Made by a program: the position numbers and the translations under genes | Shown: positions 10,138-18,032 of the stretch, in pieces | Layout of the letters: every line of letters starts with the position of its first letter | Numbering within the stretch: position 1 is the stretch's first letter | The notes under the pieces: model-generated | The model's input: the letters and a program-made list of their open reading frames with translations, nothing else | What the model was told of the DNA's origin: nothing | The model's database searches: none | NCBI GenBank assembly: GCA_964501085.1 | Contig: CAZCRM010000001.1 | Span: 1 to 29,232, forward strand | Length of the DNA stretch: 29,232 nt | Direction of reading: 5' to 3' | Source: an uncultured Methanosarcinales archaeon | GTDB lineage: Archaea > Halobacteriota > Methanosarcinia > Methanosarcinales > Methanoperedenaceae

Positions 10138-11298
10138 TTACGTTTGCTCCTCCATATCCTTCCAGGGTGGGAGGATATGAGTTACAACTTTAAGGATAAT
10201 GAAAGGAAGTATTATGAGTACTATTGCAGCCAGAACTCCTTCACGATTGAAGAATTCAGGCACATATGTAAGCGTGCCACTCAGACTCTTGGAGATTTCC
10301 TGACCACCTATAACTACGTTCCATCTCATGGAAAACACGCCTATGAGTACAAGTATAGAAGCGATGGACGTCATTATGACCTTCAGAGACTCACGGTTCT
10401 TCATTATGATCACAAGCAAAAGAAGAATGAAAGGTAAAAGTGCGCCCATCGTTAATTGTACACCATAAAAAGTAAAGGCAATCTTCTCAGAAAGCAATCG
10501 ATTAATGATCTCGATTTCTTCAAGAGATTCGTATTTTGCACTTAAAAGCTCTAATAGCTCTAATGTCACATCCAGTATAAGAAAAACCCAGAGATAAAGG
10601 GAAAGAGAATAAATGGTATTATGGTTGAGGGAATGCTTTCTTAGTTTCATAGTTATAATATAGAGCAAAATAAGGAGTGCAATCCCTGACACAACAGCAG
10701 ACAGCAGGAATATGATGGGCATTAGTGGAGAGGACCACCATGGATTTGCCTTAATCCCTCCAAAGATGAAACCCACATATCCATGCAAAAATGAGGCAGC
10801 AGGTATACCTATGATGGCAAGCTTCTTGGCGAGTTTTTCATCCTCTTCTAGTGCTTTCTCAGAGATATCATATGAAAAAAGGGCAAGTGCTGAATACAGT
10901 ACCTCTTTAAGTCCCTTTGAGTTCAAGGCGTTATTTACAATATCCTTTCTGAAAGAAAGCCATATCTCCAGCACTAACACAATCAAATAGAATGTGTAGA
11001 TATACCCAAAACCCGACATGGCAGAGGTGAAATGGGGCGTGAACATGATTTCAATGCCTCTTTCAGAATGTCCAAGATGGGCAAGAAGAGGCATAGGTGC
11101 AACTAATAAAAACGAGAACGCAGTAAGAAGGGCGAATCTTGCCACAGGTTGAATTTCCTTTTTTCCAAAAACATGGTAGAGCGAGGATACTATAAATGCA
11201 CCTGCAACAAGTCCTGTGATGTAAGGATAGAGAACAATCAGTATGCTCCACTGAATTTCAACCTCGTTTGGATACACAAAACCCGAGACCAAGTCCAT
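10138..11298 (-). CDS. NrfD/PsrC family quinol-interacting integral membrane subunit
   Basis: WSILIVLYPYITGLVAGA, HLGHSER, TSAMS, LHGYVGFIF, WWSSP and RWNVVIGGQ motifs; many TM helices. Confidence 0.9.
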   Translation of the reverse strand: MDLVSGFVYPNEVEIQWSILIVLYPYITGLVAGAFIVSSLYHVFGKKEIQPVARFALLTAFSFLLVAPMPLLAHLGHSERGIEIMFTPHFTSAMSGFGYIYTFYLIVLVLEIWLSFRKDIVNNALNSKGLKEVLYSALALFSYDISEKALEEDEKLAKKLAIIGIPAASFLHGYVGFIFGGIKANPWWSSPLMPIIFLLSAVVSGIALLILLYIITMKLRKHSLNHNTIYSLSLYLWVFLILDVTLELLELLSAKYESLEEIEIINRLLSEKIAFTFYGVQLTMGALLPFILLLLVIIMKNRESLKVIMTSIASILVLIGVFSMRWNVVIGGQEISKSLSGTLTYVPEFFNREGVLAAIVLIILPFIILKVVTHILPPWKDMEEQT

Positions 11299-12059
11299 TA
11301 TCTCACCACCATATCCAGCCCGACATAGTACACTTTTGGTCTCGTCCCAAGGTCGGGTTTGAGAACATTTATCCTCTTTTCAGCCAGAATCTTGTTTACA
11401 GCGCTATCTTCATCGTTAAGGTCTCCGAATATCCTTGCTCCCACCGGACATGCCTGAACACATGCAGGTAAGAGCCCTTTTGTGATTCTGTGATAACACC
11501 ATGTACATTTATCCGCTGTCCTCTTCTCGCTATTGAAGTATCGTGCACCATACGGACATGCCTGAATGCAATATCTACACCCAATACAGTAATCATAATC
11601 CACAAGAACGACTCCATCTTTTGTCATATATGTAGCCCCTACAGGACATACCTGTACGCAGGGAGGATTATCACAGTGATTGCACAGCTTGGGAACATAG
11701 AAGGCTTTTTTAATATATTCAGAGGGAATATCATCAACAAACCCCTTGATACCCCCATCAGGAGAGTCTATCTTCACCTCCCCGTTATTTAGTATTCTGT
11801 ACCTTTCAATCCATGTCCTATACACTGGTTCATCGAAAGGCACGTGGTTTTCAAGCTTGCAGGCATTGGCACATCTCCCGCACCCAATGCATTTTGTGGT
11901 ATCTACAGCAAAGCCCCAGAAATGCTTGTTCCAGTCATACTGCGGGGAAGCACTGCCCTCTCTGGCAAGAGCTTCAATAACAACACCTGTAGCTGCCATT
12001 ATAACAATCTTACATCCAAGTTTGGTGAAATCACGTCTTGATAGCATGTTTTGCTTCAT
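11298..12059 (-). CDS. NrfC/DmsB-like 4x[4Fe-4S] protein with Tat signal
   Basis: SRRDFTKL twin-arginine signal; CIGCGRC, CNHCDNPPC, CIGCRYC and CTWC...CVQACP; ATG at 12059 overlaps the upstream TGA. Confidence 0.92.
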   Translation of the reverse strand: MKQNMLSRRDFTKLGCKIVIMAATGVVIEALAREGSASPQYDWNKHFWGFAVDTTKCIGCGRCANACKLENHVPFDEPVYRTWIERYRILNNGEVKIDSPDGGIKGFVDDIPSEYIKKAFYVPKLCNHCDNPPCVQVCPVGATYMTKDGVVLVDYDYCIGCRYCIQACPYGARYFNSEKRTADKCTWCYHRITKGLLPACVQACPVGARIFGDLNDEDSAVNKILAEKRINVLKPDLGTRPKVYYVGLDMVVR

Positions 12060-12505
12060 ACGAACCACGGTTTATGAGGGTTATGACAATATGCACATTT
12101 CAGATTCTCTCCATGGGTAAGAGGGTCTATCTGCGGAAAATCCTTGGGTCTAGCAGCACGCTTATAGTGGCATAAACCACAGAAATCTCTTGATTCATTG
12201 GCTGGAGGAGGCATTACTCTCACATTCTTTACATGATTTGCTGAAGGACCATGACAGGTCTCGCAATTAACGGTTTTATGTCTTGATTCAGACCATACCT
12301 TGTAGAGTGTGGAGTGGCAGTCCTCCTCTCCACAACTTTTTGAGCCAGCGTACCCTACTGGAAAATTCCTGTTTTCAATAACAGAGTTTGCACGATACCA
12401 TCCATACCTTCCAAAGGATTCTGGAATCACAAGGCTTCTTACGAGTATAAAGACTATTATCAACATCACCAGTAACGTGAATGCCTTTTTCAAATGTGGT
12501 TGCAT
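12056..12505 (-). CDS. Membrane-anchored tetraheme c-type cytochrome
   Basis: N-terminal hydrophobic helix; CETCH, CGLCH, CAYCH and atypical CGEEDCH. Confidence 0.85.
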   Translation of the reverse strand: MQPHLKKAFTLLVMLIIVFILVRSLVIPESFGRYGWYRANSVIENRNFPVGYAGSKSCGEEDCHSTLYKVWSESRHKTVNCETCHGPSANHVKNVRVMPPPANESRDFCGLCHYKRAARPKDFPQIDPLTHGENLKCAYCHNPHKPWFV

Positions 12506-12543
12506 GTTATCCCTGCATCAGCGTTTTTATCATCATATATCCC

Positions 12544-13476
12544 CTACTTTTTTCTTAGATATATTATGAGAAGAGCTATTATGCTTGTAATACCAATAAA
12601 TCCAGGAGTCTCAGGAACAGTTTTGGTTGGAGTAGGGGATGGCTTCACAAGTTCTTGAGCTTTGAGTGCATCCTTGTTTGCTGAGTCAACCTCCTCTTCA
12701 AAGCGGGTGAGATTGAACTCGTGCCACATGGGCGGGAGTTTGTTAATGGTATCTAATGCATCATCCACAAGCCTTTTTGCCTCTACCACATCTGTTCCAT
12801 TCTTTTCAGCCCAGAATATATCCTTCCTTGCCATATCAATGTTGAATTTAACTTTCTTTACTTTCTCAAGCAGATATTCTGCCTTGAGAGGCACATCATA
12901 GGGCGCCACCTTCTTATACACTGAATGGCAGTTTCCACAGAAGTTCCTGAATTCGACTGGATTAAGCACTTTGAAGGTATGCGGAGCATGGCATGTGGTA
13001 CATGTTGGAGCGAGTTTCAAAGCTTCAAGCTTCTTATAATGCTTACTATTTTCAAAATTGTTCAGTTCCTTAGGATGACATTTTCCACAGGTTTTGGGAA
13101 CATTGGTGTAATACACTGGGCTTTCAGGGTCTGTATAGTTCTTGATACCTGCATGTGCTTTTTCTTTAATATTAGAAGAGGGGTCACCTCCATGACACTT
13201 ATCACAGGTGACATCCTTGAGGGCATGCACTGACTCACTCCACTGCTCATAGTTTGCTGTCGCAAGCTGTCGTATCCTGTCCTCATGGCACTCAAGAGAA
13301 CAGCTCACTCCTCTCTCAAGATGCCGAATCCTTATCGCATTGAACTGCTTTTGAACCTCTATGAAAGGAGATAATGTTTTATGGCAATCTATGCATGAAT
13401 TCTTAGCAGCATCTGCATTGGATACCAAACTACCCATCAACATTATTAAAACTATAACAAACAACCTATGCTTCAT
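12544..13476 (-). CDS. Hexaheme c-type cytochrome with PGF-CTERM anchor (paralog 1)
   Basis: Signal peptide; CIDCH, CSLECH, CDKCH, CGKCH, CTTCH, CGNCH; C-terminus ETPGFIGITSIIALLIIYLRKK. Confidence 0.9.
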   Translation of the reverse strand: MKHRLFVIVLIMLMGSLVSNADAAKNSCIDCHKTLSPFIEVQKQFNAIRIRHLERGVSCSLECHEDRIRQLATANYEQWSESVHALKDVTCDKCHGGDPSSNIKEKAHAGIKNYTDPESPVYYTNVPKTCGKCHPKELNNFENSKHYKKLEALKLAPTCTTCHAPHTFKVLNPVEFRNFCGNCHSVYKKVAPYDVPLKAEYLLEKVKKVKFNIDMARKDIFWAEKNGTDVVEAKRLVDDALDTINKLPPMWHEFNLTRFEEEVDSANKDALKAQELVKPSPTPTKTVPETPGFIGITSIIALLIIYLRKK

Positions 13477-13505
13477 TTTTTCAGACCTGCTACGTTTTAA
13501 TGTAT

Positions 13506-13555
13506 AGTTTCCGTTTTTCCGTTAGTCTCCGTTTTTCTGAGTCTCCGTTTTTCTG
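13506..13555. repeat. 16-nt direct repeats upstream of the left-arm cytochrome
   Basis: AGTCTCCGTTTTTCTG exact at 13524-13539 and 13540-13555; 14/16 copy AGTTTCCGTTTTTCCG at 13506-13521. Confidence 0.85.
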
Positions 13556-13571
13556 TCGGAGTTATGCTGCT

Positions 13572-13660
13572 CATTATAAATAGTTTTTGTTTTTTCTTAG
13601 AAAGATAAATTTAAATATATTGCAGACCTGAAGACAAATAAATCTTCATTATTTATAATG
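13572..13660. promoter_or_regulatory. Back-to-back divergent promoters with identical TATA 11-mers
   Basis: TATTTATAATG on - strand at 13572-13582 and on + strand at 13650-13660. Confidence 0.6.
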
Positions 13661-13668
13661 GTGTTGTG

Positions 13669-13719
13669 AGATGTCACGGAAAAACGGTGCATGGAGAAGT
13701 AAGATGTCATGGAAAAACG
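13669..13719 (+). repeat. 18-nt direct repeat with 33-nt period at the start of the right-arm operon
   Basis: AGATGTCACGGAAAAACG (13669-13686) and AGATGTCATGGAAAAACG (13702-13719). Confidence 0.8.
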
Positions 13720-14658
13720 TATCAAAGTTGTGGATTGTTCTGATCCTGTTGATTTTAACTTATTGTAGAATTGCAGCCTGTGATAGCAGCAGTACCAAAT
13801 CTGCCCAACAACTCATGTGCTGATTGTCATCGCAGGTTGATCTTCACCTCAGAAGCACAACGAAAGTTCATTGAAATACGCCTCAAGCATATTGAAAGTG
13901 GAATCTCATGCTCCATAGTTTGTCATGAGGATAAGCTCAATAAAACCACTGCAAGCACCTATGCATTATGGTCAATATCCACACATGCTCTTTTTGGAGT
14001 TACATGTGAAAAATGTCATGGGGGTAATCCAACCATAACTTCCAAGGAAGGAGCTCACGCAGGTCTTTCCAATAAAAGTATAGCACGTAGTAGTACTCCT
14101 GAGATGTGTGGTAGATGTCATAAAGCTCAACTTGTTGAGTTCAGGAGTTCAAAACATTACAAAATATTAGAGTCTGGTGGTGAAAAAGCTCTTGCCCCTG
14201 CATGCATAACCTGCCATCAGGCACACAGCGTGCGTGTATTGACTGCCTCCGAGATAGAGGATTTCTGTAGTAACTGTCATAATAATATAACAGGTATTCA
14301 TCCAGATGTACCAAGAAAAGCTGAAAAGGCATTATCTTTGGTTAGTGACCTAGAAGCTGAGATTTCAAAGGCAAGAAGTGCTGTAATCTCAGCTAAAGCA
14401 TCAGGAAAGGATGTGACACACGCTCAGGAGGAGCTAGAATCTGCAAGAGCAGTCCTAAAAGAGGTACCTTCAGTCTGGCATAGATTCAACCTAACATATT
14501 TTGAAACCGAGGTTCAGAATGGTATTACCAAAGCAGAACAAGCTAAGGAAGAAGCAGGAGCAGCTTCACAGGTTACACCTGCTCAAACGCAATCTCCAGG
14601 GTTTGAGTTAATATTGTTTATATCAGCTATGCTCTTATACATAATAAGAAGGCGTTAA
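13704..14658 (+). CDS. Hexaheme c-type cytochrome with PGF-CTERM anchor (paralog 2); signal peptide offset by a frameshift near 13757
   Basis: Body (13771-14658) has CADCH, CSIVCH, CEKCH, CGRCH, CITCH, CSNCH and QSPGFELILFISAMLLYIIRRR; signal-like MSWKNVSKLWIVLILLIL starts at ATG 13704 in another frame. Confidence 0.82.
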
Positions 14659-14659
14659 A

Positions 14660-15583
14660 ATGATCAGGATTGTTGCGTGCTCACTACTACTATTTGTTAT
14701 TCTTGCATCCTATAGTGGAGTAGCAGATAACTCATGCATAAACTGTCATGCCAATCTCACAGCTTTCAATGAGACTGAAAAGTTATTCAATAAAATAAGA
14801 CTTAAACATCTTGAAAGAAATGTTCCATGCTCTCTTGAATGCCATGCCAGTACACTTAAAAAGTTTGCTAAGAGTAACTATGAGCAATGGACAAAATCAA
14901 AGCATGCCTTATTTGATGTTACCTGTGATAAATGTCATGGAGGAAATGCTTCCTCTGCTGTCAAGGAGGAAGCACATAAAGGTGTTCTTCGATCCTCTAA
15001 CCCAAATAGCACAATATTTTACAGGAACGTGCCTGAAACCTGTGGGAAATGTCATAAAGATGAACTAAAGGAGTTCAAAAGCTCCAAGCACTATCAGAAA
15101 CTCAAAGCTCTTGAACAGGCACCAACATGTGATACCTGTCATCAACCCCATAAATTCAAGATTCTGAATATCAGTGAGTTCCATAGCTTATGCAGTAACT
15201 GCCACAACCCAGAGATGAGAATCGCTCCTGCAGATGTGCCAGATAAGGCTATTTCAGCCCTTGAAAATGCTGAATCCTTAAAGAACGAAATCATAACAGC
15301 AGAGAAGGTTATAAAGCAGGCAAAAGAGCAGGGGAAAGATGTTTCTATCGCTCAAAAAGAGCTTGAAAAAGCAGAATCCACTCTGGATACTCTTCCAGTA
15401 CTGTGGCATGGTTTTGATCTCACAGCCTTTGAAGAGGTGGTTAACAAAGGAATACAAGCTGCTCAGAATGCACAACAGGATGCAGGTAAACCAGTTTCTA
15501 CTCCTTCAAGTCCATCACTTGGAGTGGTTTTAGCCCTATCTGGAATTGTTTTAGTATATCTTAAAAAACGATGGAGAGGGTAG
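14660..15583 (+). CDS. Hexaheme c-type cytochrome with PGF-CTERM-like (PSL) anchor (paralog 3)
   Basis: Signal peptide; CINCH, CSLECH, CDKCH, CGKCH, CDTCH, CSNCH; C-terminus SSPSLGVVLALSGIVLVYLKKRWRG. Confidence 0.9.
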   Translation: MIRIVACSLLLFVILASYSGVADNSCINCHANLTAFNETEKLFNKIRLKHLERNVPCSLECHASTLKKFAKSNYEQWTKSKHALFDVTCDKCHGGNASSAVKEEAHKGVLRSSNPNSTIFYRNVPETCGKCHKDELKEFKSSKHYQKLKALEQAPTCDTCHQPHKFKILNISEFHSLCSNCHNPEMRIAPADVPDKAISALENAESLKNEIITAEKVIKQAKEQGKDVSIAQKELEKAESTLDTLPVLWHGFDLTAFEEVVNKGIQAAQNAQQDAGKPVSTPSSPSLGVVLALSGIVLVYLKKRWRG

Positions 15584-15586
15584 GTT

Positions 15587-15916
15587 ATGCACAAAAAACG
15601 TGTGATGTTAGTATTTACCATGATTCTGCTGTTTACTTCCATTGCTTCTGCCAAGATTGAATATGCGGTAAAGGAAAGCCGTAACTGTCCCTATTGTCAT
15701 TCTTCAAATGGACCACCCCAGCTTAATGAGAGGGGGGCATACTATGCAATGCATAATCATTCCTTAGAAGGATTTGTACCTTCTCCAAAAGTAACCCCTA
15801 CTCCACAACCTACTGAGAAGAAGATTGGCGTGCATATGAATACATGGGATGTTGGCTTAATTGTATTCTCCTTTCTTTTGCTGATGCTTGGACTTATTTA
15901 TATTATACGATTATGA
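15587..15916 (+). CDS. Small monoheme c-type cytochrome with C-terminal TM anchor
   Basis: Signal peptide ending ASA; CPYCH; Pro/Thr linker; C-terminal hydrophobic helix. Confidence 0.78.
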   Translation: MHKKRVMLVFTMILLFTSIASAKIEYAVKESRNCPYCHSSNGPPQLNERGAYYAMHNHSLEGFVPSPKVTPTPQPTEKKIGVHMNTWDVGLIVFSFLLLMLGLIYIIRL

Positions 15917-15925
15917 GGTGATACC

Positions 15926-16201
15926 ATGCACATCGAGAAAATTGAATATGGGCCAGAAAAAACAGGCTTATGGTCTCAGGTGGCTTTTATTCTTATTATA
16001 TTATTAAGCTTAATAGCAACTGTAATAGCCTTTACAATACTCTGGAGACTTATGATAGTCGAACCTTCCAAAGCATCTTCACAAGCCTTTATAGAAGGGA
16101 TAGGAAAGCTGTTGTCTTCTTTAGTGTTCATCTTAGGAGCCATTATTTACTTATATGTTAAAGGACTGCTTCAAGACGAGTATGTTACTACAGTAGAGTG
16201 A
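15926..16201 (+). CDS. Small two-TM membrane protein, hypothetical
   Basis: GAGGTGA ribosome-binding site; two hydrophobic segments; inside the cytochrome/Rieske operon. Confidence 0.7.
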   Translation: MHIEKIEYGPEKTGLWSQVAFILIILLSLIATVIAFTILWRLMIVEPSKASSQAFIEGIGKLLSSLVFILGAIIYLYVKGLLQDEYVTTVE

Positions 16202-16205
16202 TAGC

Positions 16206-16709
16206 ATGAGCAACAAAAACGATAGGATTACCATTACCTTTACAAGGAGAAGGCTTACAGAGATACTTATGGGTTTGGTAGCACTTTTCTTTGCATCAGG
16301 TGCTGTAGCTACTGTTCTGAAATATCTATGGCCAAAAACTACAGGTAAAGGTCAAGTTAGTGAGGTGAGAATTGCATCTGTGGATGAAATACAGACTGGT
16401 AGTGCTAAGATGTTTAATTTCAATGGTAAGGCAGCCATACTTTTAAAAACTCCGGGTGGGTTTAGAGCGTATGGTGCGGTATGCACTCATTTAGGATGCA
16501 TTGTAAAATGGAAAATAGATGAGAATATTATTCTGTGTCCATGCCACTTAGGCAAGTTTGATCCCAACACAGGAAAGGTGGTTGCTGGTCCACCACCTTC
16601 ACGTTTACCCACTATAATTATTAAAGTAAAAGAGGGCAGTGTGTATGCCCTCAAATGGAAAGACCCTGCCTATGTGAAAACTCTTTCTATGTATGCAGGA
16701 GCTGCATGA
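16206..16709 (+). CDS. petC: Rieske [2Fe-2S] subunit of a Rieske/cytochrome b complex
   Basis: TRRR Tat-like N-terminus plus TM helix; CTHLGC and CPCH boxes; GPPP. Confidence 0.92.
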   Translation: MSNKNDRITITFTRRRLTEILMGLVALFFASGAVATVLKYLWPKTTGKGQVSEVRIASVDEIQTGSAKMFNFNGKAAILLKTPGGFRAYGAVCTHLGCIVKWKIDENIILCPCHLGKFDPNTGKVVAGPPPSRLPTIIIKVKEGSVYALKWKDPAYVKTLSMYAGAA

Positions 16710-16718
16710 GGTGATGAT

Positions 16719-17375
16719 ATGAATGAAAAAATCTACAAATGGTTTGATGAGAGATTCAAACTGAATGAGTTACTTCCATCCATAACCAAACATCCAGCTC
16801 CTGAGAAGGTTATTTCCAATCCATTATACTGTCTTGGCGGGACAGCATTTCTTTGCTTCCTTATTCTTGTAATTACTGGAATGTTCCTTGCAATGTACTA
16901 CAAACCCACCCCAGATGAAGCTTATAAAAGTGTGGAGCATATAATGACAGAAGTGCCTATGGGGAGCTTGATACGAAGTCTGCATCACTGGACTGCCAAT
17001 ACCATGATTGCAGCAGTGATGCTACACATGATAAGAGTATTCTTTATGGGTGCGTATAAAAAACCCAGAGAGCTGAACTGGGTGGTAGGTGTACTTCTAT
17101 TTCTCACTGCCACCACCTTTGGATTTTCAGGATATTTATTACCATGGGATCAGCTTGCATACTGGGCAACGAAGATAGGCACTGGCATCGCTGGCTCAAT
17201 ACCTTTTGTAGGAAAATATATCTCCCTTATACTGGTTGGTGGCTCTGATATCAGTGCAGAGACGTTATCAAGGTTCTATGCGTTACATGTACTCATACTC
17301 CCTGCTATTATCATTACCCTTCTTGCAATACACTTTACTATGGTGAGGATTCAGGGAATCTCTGGGAGGCTTTAA
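16719..17375 (+). CDS. petB: Cytochrome b6-like N-terminal cytochrome b subunit
   Basis: YCLGG, four heme-b His (SLHHW...MLH; ALHV...AIH), GYLLPWDQLAYWA, C-terminal QGISGRL; 218 aa split form. Confidence 0.94.
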   Translation: MNEKIYKWFDERFKLNELLPSITKHPAPEKVISNPLYCLGGTAFLCFLILVITGMFLAMYYKPTPDEAYKSVEHIMTEVPMGSLIRSLHHWTANTMIAAVMLHMIRVFFMGAYKKPRELNWVVGVLLFLTATTFGFSGYLLPWDQLAYWATKIGTGIAGSIPFVGKYISLILVGGSDISAETLSRFYALHVLILPAIIITLLAIHFTMVRIQGISGRL

Positions 17376-17377
17376 AC

Positions 17378-17848
17378 ATGGCGATAATCGAGGTTGAGAA
17401 GGTAAAGGATGTAGAAAAGGAAGAGAAACCACAGGAACCCATAAGAGTCAGAGGATTGCCGTTTTTCCCGCATTTTGTACTGCGTGAAGTTGTGGTGATG
17501 TGTATTGTTACAGGAGTACTAATACTGCTGGCATCAATATACCCAGCAAGTCTGCTTGAACCTGCTGACCCGTTCAATACACCCTCACCTATATACCCAG
17601 AGTGGTATTTTCTTTATGTATTTGGTTTTCTGAAGTTCTGGACCTTTGATATAGGACCTATACCTGCAAAATATATTGGAATAACTGTGCCCATGGTGCT
17701 CTTTTACCTTGTTCTAATACTTGTACCCTTCATTGATAGAAATCCTCATACCGAAATCAGAAAGAGAAAGACTGCAATAACTATTGGCGTAATTGTTCTT
17801 CTGTTAATACTGTATTTCACATACTATAGCATAGTTCATCATGGATAA
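17378..17848 (+). CDS. petD: Subunit IV (C-terminal cytochrome b half)
   Basis: PFFPHF, PADPFNTP and IYPEWYFL Qo-site motif; three TM helices. Confidence 0.92.
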   Translation: MAIIEVEKVKDVEKEEKPQEPIRVRGLPFFPHFVLREVVVMCIVTGVLILLASIYPASLLEPADPFNTPSPIYPEWYFLYVFGFLKFWTFDIGPIPAKYIGITVPMVLFYLVLILVPFIDRNPHTEIRKRKTAITIGVIVLLLILYFTYYSIVHHG

Positions 17849-18020
17849 CAATATTGAAGCATTTTCAAAAGTCATAGGGTTAGTTATCGCTACCATAGGT
17901 GTGGATAAGATATTCAGTGGTAACTATGTTATAGCTATCGTTCTTTTTTTCTTAGGAGGGGTAATAAGCATTATACCATTACTGATTGACCACAGCTTAA
18001 TAACCAAGTGCAAGAATTGA
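17841..18020 (+). CDS. Putative small two-TM membrane protein (59 aa; not in ORF track)
   Basis: MDNNIEAFSKVIGLVIATIGVDKIFSGNYVIAIVLFFLGGVISIIPLLIDHSLITKCKN*; its ATG overlaps the subunit IV stop by 8 nt. Confidence 0.65.
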   Translation: MDNNIEAFSKVIGLVIATIGVDKIFSGNYVIAIVLFFLGGVISIIPLLIDHSLITKCKN

Positions 18021-18032
18021 TCTACAAAAAAA

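Noticed and set aside
10134-10200. Amber (pyrrolysine) read-through of the 33-aa ORF
   Set aside because: The extension runs antisense into nrfD, stops after 18 codons and has no recognisable features
13506-13555. CRISPR array
   Set aside because: Repeats are 16 nt and adjacent with no spacers, and no cas genes are present
13709-13768. Alternative ATG 13709 mini-ORF (MEKRIKVVDCSDPVDFNLL)
   Set aside because: It is not hydrophobic and ends in TAG; the ATG 13704 frame explains the missing signal peptide better
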